Part shown: positions 20,067 to 28,883 of the stretch, in pieces
How positions within the stretch are numbered: position 1 is the first letter of the stretch
How the letters are laid out: each line of letters starts with the position of its first letter
Assembly (NCBI GenBank): GCA_965248755.1
Contig: OZ252149.1
Span: 1,856,001-1,920,000 of the forward strand
Length of the DNA stretch: 64,000 bases
DNA from: Candidatus Latescibacterota bacterium
GTDB lineage: Bacteria > Latescibacterota > CBDEFO01
Reading direction: 5' to 3'
Program-made: the position numbers and the translations under genes
Notes under the pieces: generated by a model
The model's database searches: none
The model's input: only the letters and a program-made list of their open reading frames with translations
Told to the model about the DNA's origin: nothing

Positions 20067-23000
20067 CTACCGCAACAATAACAGCTTCCTCGTCTTCACA
20101 AATCCATCTCCTACCATCCGATACAAATAGACGCCGCTGGCAAGGCTCTCTCCGTTATCATCTTTCCCATCCCAGACTGCGGAGTGACTTCCCGCATCCA
20201 TCTCTCTGTCCACCAGTGTCGCTACCTTCTGTCCCATTATGTTATAGACAGATAGATCAACGTGGCTCCCATCAGGAAGTTCGTAGTAGATCACTGTCTG
20301 GGGGTTGAACGGATTGGGATAGTTTTGGGAAAGGGAATATCCTGAAGGTATAGAGATCTCTTCTGACTCGTCCACATCCGTGCTGATCTCTTCAATCTCC
20401 CGAGTCACCAACCTCATATCGTCAAGGTAGAATGTCTCCTCCACCGCCCCGGCGATTGGGATCGACACTATGCGGCCTTCCCGGTTCGCTGGAACCTCTG
20501 AGATCGGGATAGACACCAACTGCCAGGTGTCCGGCTGTGGCACAATCCCCAAGCCGCTCAACTGCTTGCCCGCAATAATAGGATTCTGCCCCGAAGCATC
20601 TCCCCCGTTGATGTAGAACTCCAGGTGGGTGTAGACGAAGAAGGGATCAATCCCTCCAGGATCGTCCAACAAATATTTTATTGCCCCTAGCAACGAGATG
20701 GCGTGTGAGGCGCTGCCACTATGGACGAATTTTGAGGACGTCAGATCAGAATCGACTCTGATGGCTCTGACGAGCTCAATCGTCCATCCAGGTTCGATCC
20801 CATCCCTGTAAATCCAGAGATCTTCTGAAGGAATGAGCTCGACCTTGCTCCTGGCAAAGACCCTGCCTGAAGCAGTGTCCTCAACAGTAATTTTTAGGGT
20901 GTTCTCTCTCGTAAGGACACTGGGTACCAAACTAACCGACGCAGTGAATATCCCATCGCCAAAGAACTCATCCCCTCCAGTTCCGTGATCGTCCATAGGG
21001 ATTTCAGCCCCACTGCCTATCGGGCTTAAATCCACAGTGACTTTGACCGGACCTCCACCGTCTCGTGAAGGGGAGACCTTTGCAGTGATGGTCATATCAG
21101 TTTCAATACCCGAGTGCACCTTAGGAGGGGTCACCGAAACATCACGGCTGCGGACAAGGTAGGACGGCCTTCTGAACCTGAGGATAAAAAGTCCATGATC
21201 TGTATCGCTTACGAAGACCAGACCCTTTGAGGGGAAGGAAGTAAAGGCTCCGTTTAATAACCCTCGGGAGTAGCTCTGGCTTCGGATGTAAAAGCCGACC
21301 TCTACAGGGTCCGTCGGATCAGAGACATCAACAACCCTGAAGCCGTCCTGATAGTACCCTATGTATACAAGGTCGCCTTCCACAAGGATATTGTGGATCG
21401 AGACCTCTTGATTCCCAACAACGATACGGTTGGAGCTTTTATAACTGCCGACTTCTCTGGGACTGGAAAGGTCCCTTATGTCTATAACCCGCAAAAAGCC
21501 GCCGGGCTGCTCATCGGTTATATAAACGAAATCCCCATTTGCGGAGGGTTCCCCACTGTGCGTAGAGGCGTCGGGATAGGTGTAAGCGCTGATCTCCCTT
21601 GGGTTTTCGGGATCTGCGACATCCAGGATCCTGAGTCCGGCCTCCATATAGGCTAAATAGGCTCTGTTTCCTGAGACAGAGACATCGTGGAGATGGTTGA
21701 ACCTAAAACCTCGCTCAGGGTATTCTGATATGGGCAATTCCCAGTGTGCTATCTCGAAGGGCTGCCACGGATCAGATATATCTACTATCCGGAGGCCTTC
21801 AAAATCGCTGACCAGATAGACGAGACTCCCATCTATAAACGAATTGTGGACGCCGAATGTAAGGTTGCTTGTATACTTGACCAGTTCCACAGGGTTTGAC
21901 GGATCGGAGACGTCCAGGATCTGGATCCCTCCCAGGTCAGCATCCAAAAAGTCAGGGAATGGAGGGACCTCATTGGATACAACGGCTAAGTTTCCTGAGA
22001 CCTTAACGTCCAATATACGGACCCTCTTAGAGATATTGGTCCACATGACCTCCCCAGCTTTGCCGAGAGCCAATCCGAACGGGCCTGTAACCAAACCGCC
22101 AGTAGCTAAGGTGGTCAGACTTCCAGTCTCCGGATCCAGTTTAAAGATCGCTCCTGTGGTGATTCCAAGCCCTTTAGGGTCAGCGTTGGAATCGGCAATG
22201 AGGATGGAACCGTCCTCAGCCACCGCAAGATTTACAGGAGTGCGGAAGGGCGGACCAGACGCTAAAATCCGAACCTCACCTGTATCTGGATCGATCCTGA
22301 GTATCTTTGGCTGGAGACCGAATGCTAAAGAACCAGGGTCTATGGCGATTACAGCACCACTTGAATCAAGGCCTATAGCGCCTAAAGAGATAAAGGAGTC
22401 CAGAGAATCCAGCTCAGCTTTAACTACGGTGATAAATTCTCCTGTGGCAGGGTCCAGCCTTATCAGCTTTCCCCCTTCGAACTCCCCTGTCACTGGATTA
22501 AAGTGAGCCAGATTCGAGATGAAGACATCTCCCAAGTGATCGATGGCAACCCCGTACGGAAAGGTAATGGAGGGATCCCTTAAGAGTGGTATTACAGTTC
22601 CAGTATCCGGGTCCACTTTAAAGACCCCACTTTTTTCCCCAGCAGAACTTGTAACTATAAGGGCACCAGTCTCATCAATGGCTATACTCAAAGGACGGAG
22701 CAGCAAGGAGTCCCCTTTAATTACGGTTTTTGCCTCCCCGGTCCCCATATTGATCCTTAAGATAGCCCCCTCTTCCCCTCTTGAGGACGTGCCGAAGTCT
22801 GCCACAAAGAGAGTGTCGAAGGCGGCCAGGGCTGCCCCGGCAGGGAATATGAAGGGTGCCCCTGTTGCACGGAGAACGGTTTCACCAGAAGTCTGATCCA
22901 AAGTGAAAACCCCTACTGTATAGTTTGGAAAAGTGCCAACCTCCTCGGGATTCGCAGGATCAGAAACATCAATTACTCGTAGCCCGTCAAAGAAGTTACC

Positions 23001-23288
23001 GAGGTAGACATAGTTCCCAGATACGTAAAGGTCTGTGAATATCTCATGAGAATCGGGTCTATAGCTCCCCACAAGCTCCGCGTTATTGCTGCTCACCTCC
23101 GCGACAACAGGCTTAAAGCGTTGGCTTTCAGCATAGTTTCGGTTTATCCTCTCATGATACCGAAAGTAGTTTTTCAGGATCTTCCACCTCTGGAATCTGT
23201 CTGTATCGGCAAAGCTGGTTGAAAATGCCAGCAGGAATATCAGAGGAACTGCCCAAAGAGAATTCAACTTCAATATTGAAGGTCTCAT
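20067..23288 (-). CDS. secreted LVIVD-repeat/NHL-like propeller protein with C-terminal FlgD-Ig / T9SS-type domain
   Basis: Signal peptide; [17 protein letters not shown] repeats; QNYPNPFNP...RKLLLLR C-terminus. Confidence 0.85.
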   Translation of the reverse strand: MRPSILKLNSLWAVPLIFLLAFSTSFADTDRFQRWKILKNYFRYHERINRNYAESQRFKPVVAEVSSNNAELVGSYRPDSHEIFTDLYVSGNYVYLGNFFDGLRVIDVSDPANPEEVGTFPNYTVGVFTLDQTSGETVLRATGAPFIFPAGAALAAFDTLFVADFGTSSRGEEGAILRINMGTGEAKTVIKGDSLLLRPLSIAIDETGALIVTSSAGEKSGVFKVDPDTGTVIPLLRDPSITFPYGVAIDHLGDVFISNLAHFNPVTGEFEGGKLIRLDPATGEFITVVKAELDSLDSFISLGAIGLDSSGAVIAIDPGSLAFGLQPKILRIDPDTGEVRILASGPPFRTPVNLAVAEDGSILIADSNADPKGLGITTGAIFKLDPETGSLTTLATGGLVTGPFGLALGKAGEVMWTNISKRVRILDVKVSGNLAVVSNEVPPFPDFLDADLGGIQILDVSDPSNPVELVKYTSNLTFGVHNSFIDGSLVYLVSDFEGLRIVDISDPWQPFEIAHWELPISEYPERGFRFNHLHDVSVSGNRAYLAYMEAGLRILDVADPENPREISAYTYPDASTHSGEPSANGDFVYITDEQPGGFLRVIDIRDLSSPREVGSYKSSNRIVVGNQEVSIHNILVEGDLVYIGYYQDGFRVVDVSDPTDPVEVGFYIRSQSYSRGLLNGAFTSFPSKGLVFVSDTDHGLFILRFRRPSYLVRSRDVSVTPPKVHSGIETDMTITAKVSPSRDGGGPVKVTVDLSPIGSGAEIPMDDHGTGGDEFFGDGIFTASVSLVPSVLTRENTLKITVEDTASGRVFARSKVELIPSEDLWIYRDGIEPGWTIELVRAIRVDSDLTSSKFVHSGSASHAISLLGAIKYLLDDPGGIDPFFVYTHLEFYINGGDASGQNPIIAGKQLSGLGIVPQPDTWQLVSIPISEVPANREGRIVSIPIAGAVEETFYLDDMRLVTREIEEISTDVDESEEISIPSGYSLSQNYPNPFNPQTVIYYELPDGSHVDLSVYNIMGQKVATLVDREMDAGSHSAVWDGKDDNGESLASGVYLYRMVGDGFVKTRKLLLLR

Positions 23289-23294
23289 GTTTTT

Positions 23295-23498
23295 AAACAG
23301 CTTCTAATGCGTTGACCCTACGTAATTACTTGCCTTTCCGCTGATGATCCTGCTCAAAAGCCCAGTCTTCAGGGACATCTACAGTCCCTACCAAGCTGTC
23401 CAGGACTTCCCAGACACTCCACTATGACCTGTACGTCCGGCATCTGTAGTATCATAAATGTTTCTTACGTCATCCATTTCTCTTATAGAGAAAGTATC
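23295..23498. repeat. ~205-bp intergenic direct repeat, copy 2
   Basis: Near-identical to 19862-20066. Confidence 0.9.
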
Positions 23499-24923
23499 CT
23501 ACCGCAACAATAACAGCTTCCTCGTCTGAACAAATTCATCTGCTACCATCCGATAGAGATAAACTCCGCTGGCAAGGCTCTTTCCGTTATCATCCTTCCC
23601 ATCCCAGACTGCAGAGTGACCACTTGCTGATCTGTGGCCATCCACTAATGTCGCAACCTTCTGTCCCATTAGATTGAAGACAGATAGCTTAACGTGACTC
23701 TGGAGGGGAAGGTCATAATGGATCACTGTCCCAGGGTTAAACGGATTGGGATAGTTCTGCCACAGGGAGTAACTCTCAGGAACATCTGATGAGGGTTCTT
23801 CATACTCGGTTATATCAGTGGGGATATCCGAGAGATTCAAAAACACTGACACATTATCGCTCCAATAGTTAGCCACAGCCAGCTCATTATCTCCATCCCC
23901 ATTTAGATCTGCAATGAATACTGAACTGGGACCATTCCCAACACCATAGTCCGCCTTTGTTGCGAATGTCCCATCTCCCTTGTTCAGCAGCACCGATACA
24001 TTATCGCCTGCATTGTTAGCCACAGCCAGGTCATTATCCCCATCACCATCTAAATCCGCACTGAATACTGATATGGGATTATCCCCAACATCATAGTCCA
24101 CCTTAGGTACAAATGTTCCATCTCCATTATTCAACATCACTGATACATCATCACTTCCCCCATTAGCCACAGCTAGATCATTATCTCCATCTCCATCTAA
24201 ATCTGTACTGAATACTGAAGAAGGGCCATCCCCAGCAGCATAGTCGACCTTTGTTGCGAATGTCCCATCTCCCTTGTTCAGCAGCACCGATACATTATCG
24301 CTCCAATAGTTAGCCACAGCCAGGTCATTATCTCCATCCCCATTTAGATCTGCACTGAATACTGACCCGGGAGTATCCCCAGTTCTATAGTCCACCTTAG
24401 TTGCAAACGTCCCATCTCCGTTGTTCAGAAGCACCGATACATTATCGCTGAACCGATTAGCCACAACCAGGTCATTATCCCCATCACCATTTAGATCTGC
24501 AATGAATACTGACCCGGGACCATTCCCAACACCATAGTCGACCTTTGTTGCAAATGTCCCATCTCCCTTGTTCAGCAGCACCGATACATTATCGCTTAAC
24601 CGATTAGCCACAACCAGGTCATTGTCCCCATCACCATCTAAATGCGCACTGAATACTGATACGGGACCATCCCCAACACCATAGTCCACCTTAGTTGCGA
24701 ATGTCCCATCTCCCTTGTTCAGCAGCACCGATACATTATCACCGCCAGTATTAGCCACACCCAGGTCATTATCCCCATCACCATCTAAATCGGCACTGAA
24801 TACTGACCAAGGCCATTTCCCAGTGGCATAGTCAGCCTTGGGTCCGAAAAGATCCTGTGCATGGACAGTCGCATTCAAAGCGACTAACACCCAGAACGCT
24901 ATGAAAAAGTGTATCTTGAACAT
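23499..24923 (-). CDS. secreted FG-GAP repeat protein with C-terminal sorting domain
   Basis: Signal peptide, seven FG-GAP-like units, intact QNYPNPFNP domain. Confidence 0.9.
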   Translation of the reverse strand: MFKIHFFIAFWVLVALNATVHAQDLFGPKADYATGKWPWSVFSADLDGDGDNDLGVANTGGDNVSVLLNKGDGTFATKVDYGVGDGPVSVFSAHLDGDGDNDLVVANRLSDNVSVLLNKGDGTFATKVDYGVGNGPGSVFIADLNGDGDNDLVVANRFSDNVSVLLNNGDGTFATKVDYRTGDTPGSVFSADLNGDGDNDLAVANYWSDNVSVLLNKGDGTFATKVDYAAGDGPSSVFSTDLDGDGDNDLAVANGGSDDVSVMLNNGDGTFVPKVDYDVGDNPISVFSADLDGDGDNDLAVANNAGDNVSVLLNKGDGTFATKADYGVGNGPSSVFIADLNGDGDNELAVANYWSDNVSVFLNLSDIPTDITEYEEPSSDVPESYSLWQNYPNPFNPGTVIHYDLPLQSHVKLSVFNLMGQKVATLVDGHRSASGHSAVWDGKDDNGKSLASGVYLYRMVADEFVQTRKLLLLR

Positions 24924-24958
24924 GGTTCAAATCTCGTTTCATTACTGGATACAGGGGT

Positions 24959-27900
24959 TCACCGCAACAATATCAGCTTCCTAGTCTGCACAAAGCCATC
25001 TGTCTCCATACGATACAGATAGACTCCGCTGGCAAGGCTCTTTCCATTATTATCTTTGCCATTCCAGACTGCAGAATGATCACTCGCCGATCTGTGGCCA
25101 TCCACTAATGTCGCAACCTTCTGTCCCATTAGATTGAAGACAGATAGCTTAACGTGACTCTGGAGGGGAAGGTCATAATGGATCACTGTCTCAGGGTTGA
25201 ACGGATTCGGATAGTTTTGATACAATGAATAGCTGTCAGGAACATCGGAAATGCTCTCAGATTGGGGAATGACCACACTGAAGAGACCTTCGTTCAATTG
25301 AGCAAAGACTATATCAACCCCGCTACTAGCCTCAATCCCCGAATCTATAGGCTCAAATATAATCTCTGCGATGCTACCACCGCGCCGAACCGATTCTACT
25401 CCGGCAAATGATAGCCTTAATCTGCCGTTTTGAGCATTATGGTCGAAAAGGTAATCAGAGGTCAGGTCGGATGTCGTGGCATATAAGTCTTTGAGCTTGG
25501 TAGGATCAAAGGACAGTTCAAGCTGACCTGACAGAACACCGTCCATTTCATCTATGAGAATAGGAACGGCAAAACGTCCATCAGACAAATCCTCTACATC
25601 ACCTATACTGATATTCCTTTCGGCAAGTACGATCTTAGAGATACCCCCATTCTGAACGGGAAATTCAGTTATTATCCCGATCGCAAATCTGAGTATGTAA
25701 GAAGCATCGAAGGAACTTATGGTGCCGTCGCCACTCACATCTGCTGTTATGGTGTCAGTGATTACATAGAGACGCACTGTGTGTTCAAGCACCAAGGCGG
25801 CATCAAACGCTGTCACCCTTCCATTGTTGCTGACATCTCCGAACAATCTTTCGAGAATTCTCACAGACCCGTCCGTGGTAGTTGCCGCTGGATCGCCCTC
25901 GTTGAAAAAGAATTCCTCAAAGACCACCGCCGTGGAATCACCGATAACTGCTGAATCGGAAACTACAAACGTAATAAGGGAAAGATTCCCTGACCCCGAT
26001 AACGCGTTGGCTCTCGTAGTCGCCATTGCTATCTTGACGGTGTCTACAGATGTTCCGACGCCCGTTGCAATCGTGTCAACCATTGTCCAGCCTTGGGTAA
26101 GTGTCCCTTCCGATGTCACATCTATTGTCTCTATTACATTTGAATCGTAGCTGATACTCATCTGAACTGAGATGATTCCAAGCCCTGTGGCGTCCTCTTT
26201 GATGACAACGGGAACTGAAATACCAGCTTTGTCAATAAAGACAGATGTGTCTGGGAAACTGACTGAGACTGTGTCTACAGGCACAACAGGAGGAGGAACG
26301 ATAAACTCAAATCCGTTAAAGAGTGTGTCCGCCAGAGTATCGGGATTCGTTACTATCACGTCCACAGTGCCAGCAGGATGAGCAGGAGTTGTAGCGGTAA
26401 TGGTACCCAGAAGCCCTACAGCCACATTTGAGGCTGTGCTATCGCCAAAAGTAACAGTAGCTCCGCTCTGGAAATTGCTACCTGCTATCCTCACAGGAGT
26501 ACCACCCGATTCTAGACCGGAGGATGGGGTGATACTAGTGATGTGTGGGGCGGGTGGCGACGCCACCCTAAACACCTTCCTCACGCGGTTGTTCCCGACA
26601 TCGGAGATGAATAAGTCGCCTGCATGGTTGATAGCGAGGTTGCGAGGTCCGCGAAGCGAAGCGCTAGTAGCAAGTCCGCTGTCGCCACTGAAGCCAGCTA
26701 TACCTGTCCCCACAATGGTGGTGATGATTCCCTGAGTGTCCACGTTCCGCACGCGATGGTTAAGTTCATCAGCGATATACAAGTTGCCCGCACCGTCCAG
26801 AACGAGGTCCGTAGGATTATTGATCCGAGCGGAGGTAGCGGGCCCGCCGTCCCCACCGAAGCCCGGCACGCCCGTCCCCACCACAGTGGTGATGATGCCC
26901 GTGATAGGATCCACCATTCTCACGCGGTGGTTCTCTCGGTCCGCGATGAACAAGTTTCCCGCGGGGTCAACAACCACGTCATTAGGGAAGCTGAGCCGAG
27001 CGGAGGTGGCAGGTCCACCGTCGCCGCTAAAGCCACCTGGATCCGCGAATCCGAAAGACCCACTTCCTGCGACGGTCGTAATAATGCCATGAGTATCTAC
27101 TTTCCGAATACGATGATTACGACTATCTGCGATGTAGAGGTTGCCCGCAGCGTCAACGGTGATGCCTCTATTCAAATCGATGGCAGCAGAGGTGGCCGGG
27201 CCGCCATCGCCGCTGAAGCCGGGCGAACCTACCCCAGCGAAGGTAGTGATGATTCCCTGCGGGTCCACTTTCCTTACTCGCTCTGCCTCGCGATCCGAGA
27301 TGAAGAGGTTTGCTGCAGCGTCGAGGGCAACATCAACAGGAAGTTCTAGTTGAGCAGCGGTGGCTGTGCCACCGTCCCCCCCGGAGCCTCTTGTGCTGCT
27401 CCCCGCGACAGTGCTGATGATCCCCAGAGTGTCCACCCTGCGCACGCTCCAGTTTTCACGGTCTGCGATGAACAGGTTGCCGGCGGAATCCACTTCGAGG
27501 CCAAAGGGATTCTGAAACTGTGCGCCAGTGGCGGGACCGCCGTCTCCAGTGAAGCCCGGCACGCCCGTCCCCGCGACGGTCACGATAATGCCTGTTCCCG
27601 GAACCTCGTACGCGAAGCCTGCACGTAGCGTTGTGCTCTGGCCGTCAGGATTGGTCACTATCACATCCACAGTGCCAGCAGGATGAGCGGGAGTCACAGC
27701 AGTAATAACGGTATCAGACACTACGACTACACCTGTAGCTGCGCTACCATCGAAATTAACAGTCGCTCCACTCTGAAAATTGCTGCCTACTATCGTCACA
27801 GGCGTACCGCCCAATTCCAGGCCGGAAGTGGGATCAATAGATATTACTTCTGGCTTACGTATTTGGTAAAGCTCCAGTATTTCTTCTTCGCTCAGAGCAC

Positions 27901-28558
27901 GTTCATAGATGCGGATGTCGTCAATGACACCATTGTAATATGGATCCCAAGGTACAGAAAGCGTATATCTTCCAATCTCTAATTCGGAAGAGTTAGTAGT
28001 TAACGCAGTGGTATCAGTTTCAACTCCATCTTGAATACCGTTAAGATAAAGAATCCTTGTTCCATTATTACTTACAAATGCGAAGTGATACCATTGACTT
28101 GGATTCAATTGAGTATCAGCAACAAAATTGGTGAAAAAACCCATAAATCCCAGTTTGTTTCTCCAGTCTATGCCAACCATGCTTAGACTATTATTATCAA
28201 AACCCCAAAAAACGAGAGGATGTAATAGATTATTAATTTCATTTGTATAAAACCACCCCGACATGGTCCTATCATCATTACCTGTTATCATAATACTGTC
28301 AATTGAGACTATATAATCATTTACACCGTCAAAACTATAAGCGCTATTTTCATTCCCAAATCGATCTGTAGTTAAAGTTGCTCCATTGACCGTTCCATGA
28401 TTGCCGTTTCCACTTTCATCATTAGCATTACCGTTAAAAGGATAGTAGGCAACAAGGCCAGAATCTAAATTTACTTGTGCAAAAAGATCCTGTGCATAGA
28501 CAGGCTCATTCAGAGCGACTAACACCCAGAACGCTATGAAAAAGTGTATCTTGAACAT
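24959..28558 (-). CDS. secreted multidomain protein: LamG - IPT/TIG - NHL repeats - IPT/TIG - cohesin - dockerin - cohesin-like - C-terminal sorting domain
   Basis: LVAYYPFNGNANDESG/IDDIRIY (LamG); GGTPVTIVGSNF (IPT); GFSGDGGPAT...NHRVRKV (NHL); GDVSNNGRVTAFDA...ADVSGDGTISSFDA (dockerin). Confidence 0.85.
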   Translation of the reverse strand: MFKIHFFIAFWVLVALNEPVYAQDLFAQVNLDSGLVAYYPFNGNANDESGNGNHGTVNGATLTTDRFGNENSAYSFDGVNDYIVSIDSIMITGNDDRTMSGWFYTNEINNLLHPLVFWGFDNNSLSMVGIDWRNKLGFMGFFTNFVADTQLNPSQWYHFAFVSNNGTRILYLNGIQDGVETDTTALTTNSSELEIGRYTLSVPWDPYYNGVIDDIRIYERALSEEEILELYQIRKPEVISIDPTSGLELGGTPVTIVGSNFQSGATVNFDGSAATGVVVVSDTVITAVTPAHPAGTVDVIVTNPDGQSTTLRAGFAYEVPGTGIIVTVAGTGVPGFTGDGGPATGAQFQNPFGLEVDSAGNLFIADRENWSVRRVDTLGIISTVAGSSTRGSGGDGGTATAAQLELPVDVALDAAANLFISDREAERVRKVDPQGIITTFAGVGSPGFSGDGGPATSAAIDLNRGITVDAAGNLYIADSRNHRIRKVDTHGIITTVAGSGSFGFADPGGFSGDGGPATSARLSFPNDVVVDPAGNLFIADRENHRVRMVDPITGIITTVVGTGVPGFGGDGGPATSARINNPTDLVLDGAGNLYIADELNHRVRNVDTQGIITTIVGTGIAGFSGDSGLATSASLRGPRNLAINHAGDLFISDVGNNRVRKVFRVASPPAPHITSITPSSGLESGGTPVRIAGSNFQSGATVTFGDSTASNVAVGLLGTITATTPAHPAGTVDVIVTNPDTLADTLFNGFEFIVPPPVVPVDTVSVSFPDTSVFIDKAGISVPVVIKEDATGLGIISVQMSISYDSNVIETIDVTSEGTLTQGWTMVDTIATGVGTSVDTVKIAMATTRANALSGSGNLSLITFVVSDSAVIGDSTAVVFEEFFFNEGDPAATTTDGSVRILERLFGDVSNNGRVTAFDAALVLEHTVRLYVITDTITADVSGDGTISSFDASYILRFAIGIITEFPVQNGGISKIVLAERNISIGDVEDLSDGRFAVPILIDEMDGVLSGQLELSFDPTKLKDLYATTSDLTSDYLFDHNAQNGRLRLSFAGVESVRRGGSIAEIIFEPIDSGIEASSGVDIVFAQLNEGLFSVVIPQSESISDVPDSYSLYQNYPNPFNPETVIHYDLPLQSHVKLSVFNLMGQKVATLVDGHRSASDHSAVWNGKDNNGKSLASGVYLYRMETDGFVQTRKLILLR

Positions 28559-28593
28559 GGTTCAAATCTCCTTTCATTACTGGCTACAGGAAT

Positions 28594-28672
28594 CACCGCA
28601 TCAAGACCAATTTCCTCGTCTGCACAAAGCCATCTGTCTCCATACGATACAGATAGACTCCGCTGGCAAGCT
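28594..28672 (-). pseudogene. 3' remnant of another C-terminal sorting domain
   Basis: SLASGVYLYRMETDGFVQTRKLVLMR* with no upstream gene body. Confidence 0.7.
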
Positions 28673-28883
28673 ATCCAAGGCGTCCCAGACACTCTCCGTT
28701 GCAGGACTGGTTCCCTCACGTTGGGTAGTCACGCCGAACGTAGTGCCTGTTGGGCTGAAGATCGGTGGACTCCTACGGATGAAGAACCTGCCCATCAAAA
28801 AGAACTCTCAATCTATCACTCAATTCAGATTTTCCTTTCGTCAATGCCATAGTACCTTCCCGCCGTTATTAACAGAAAGGGAC

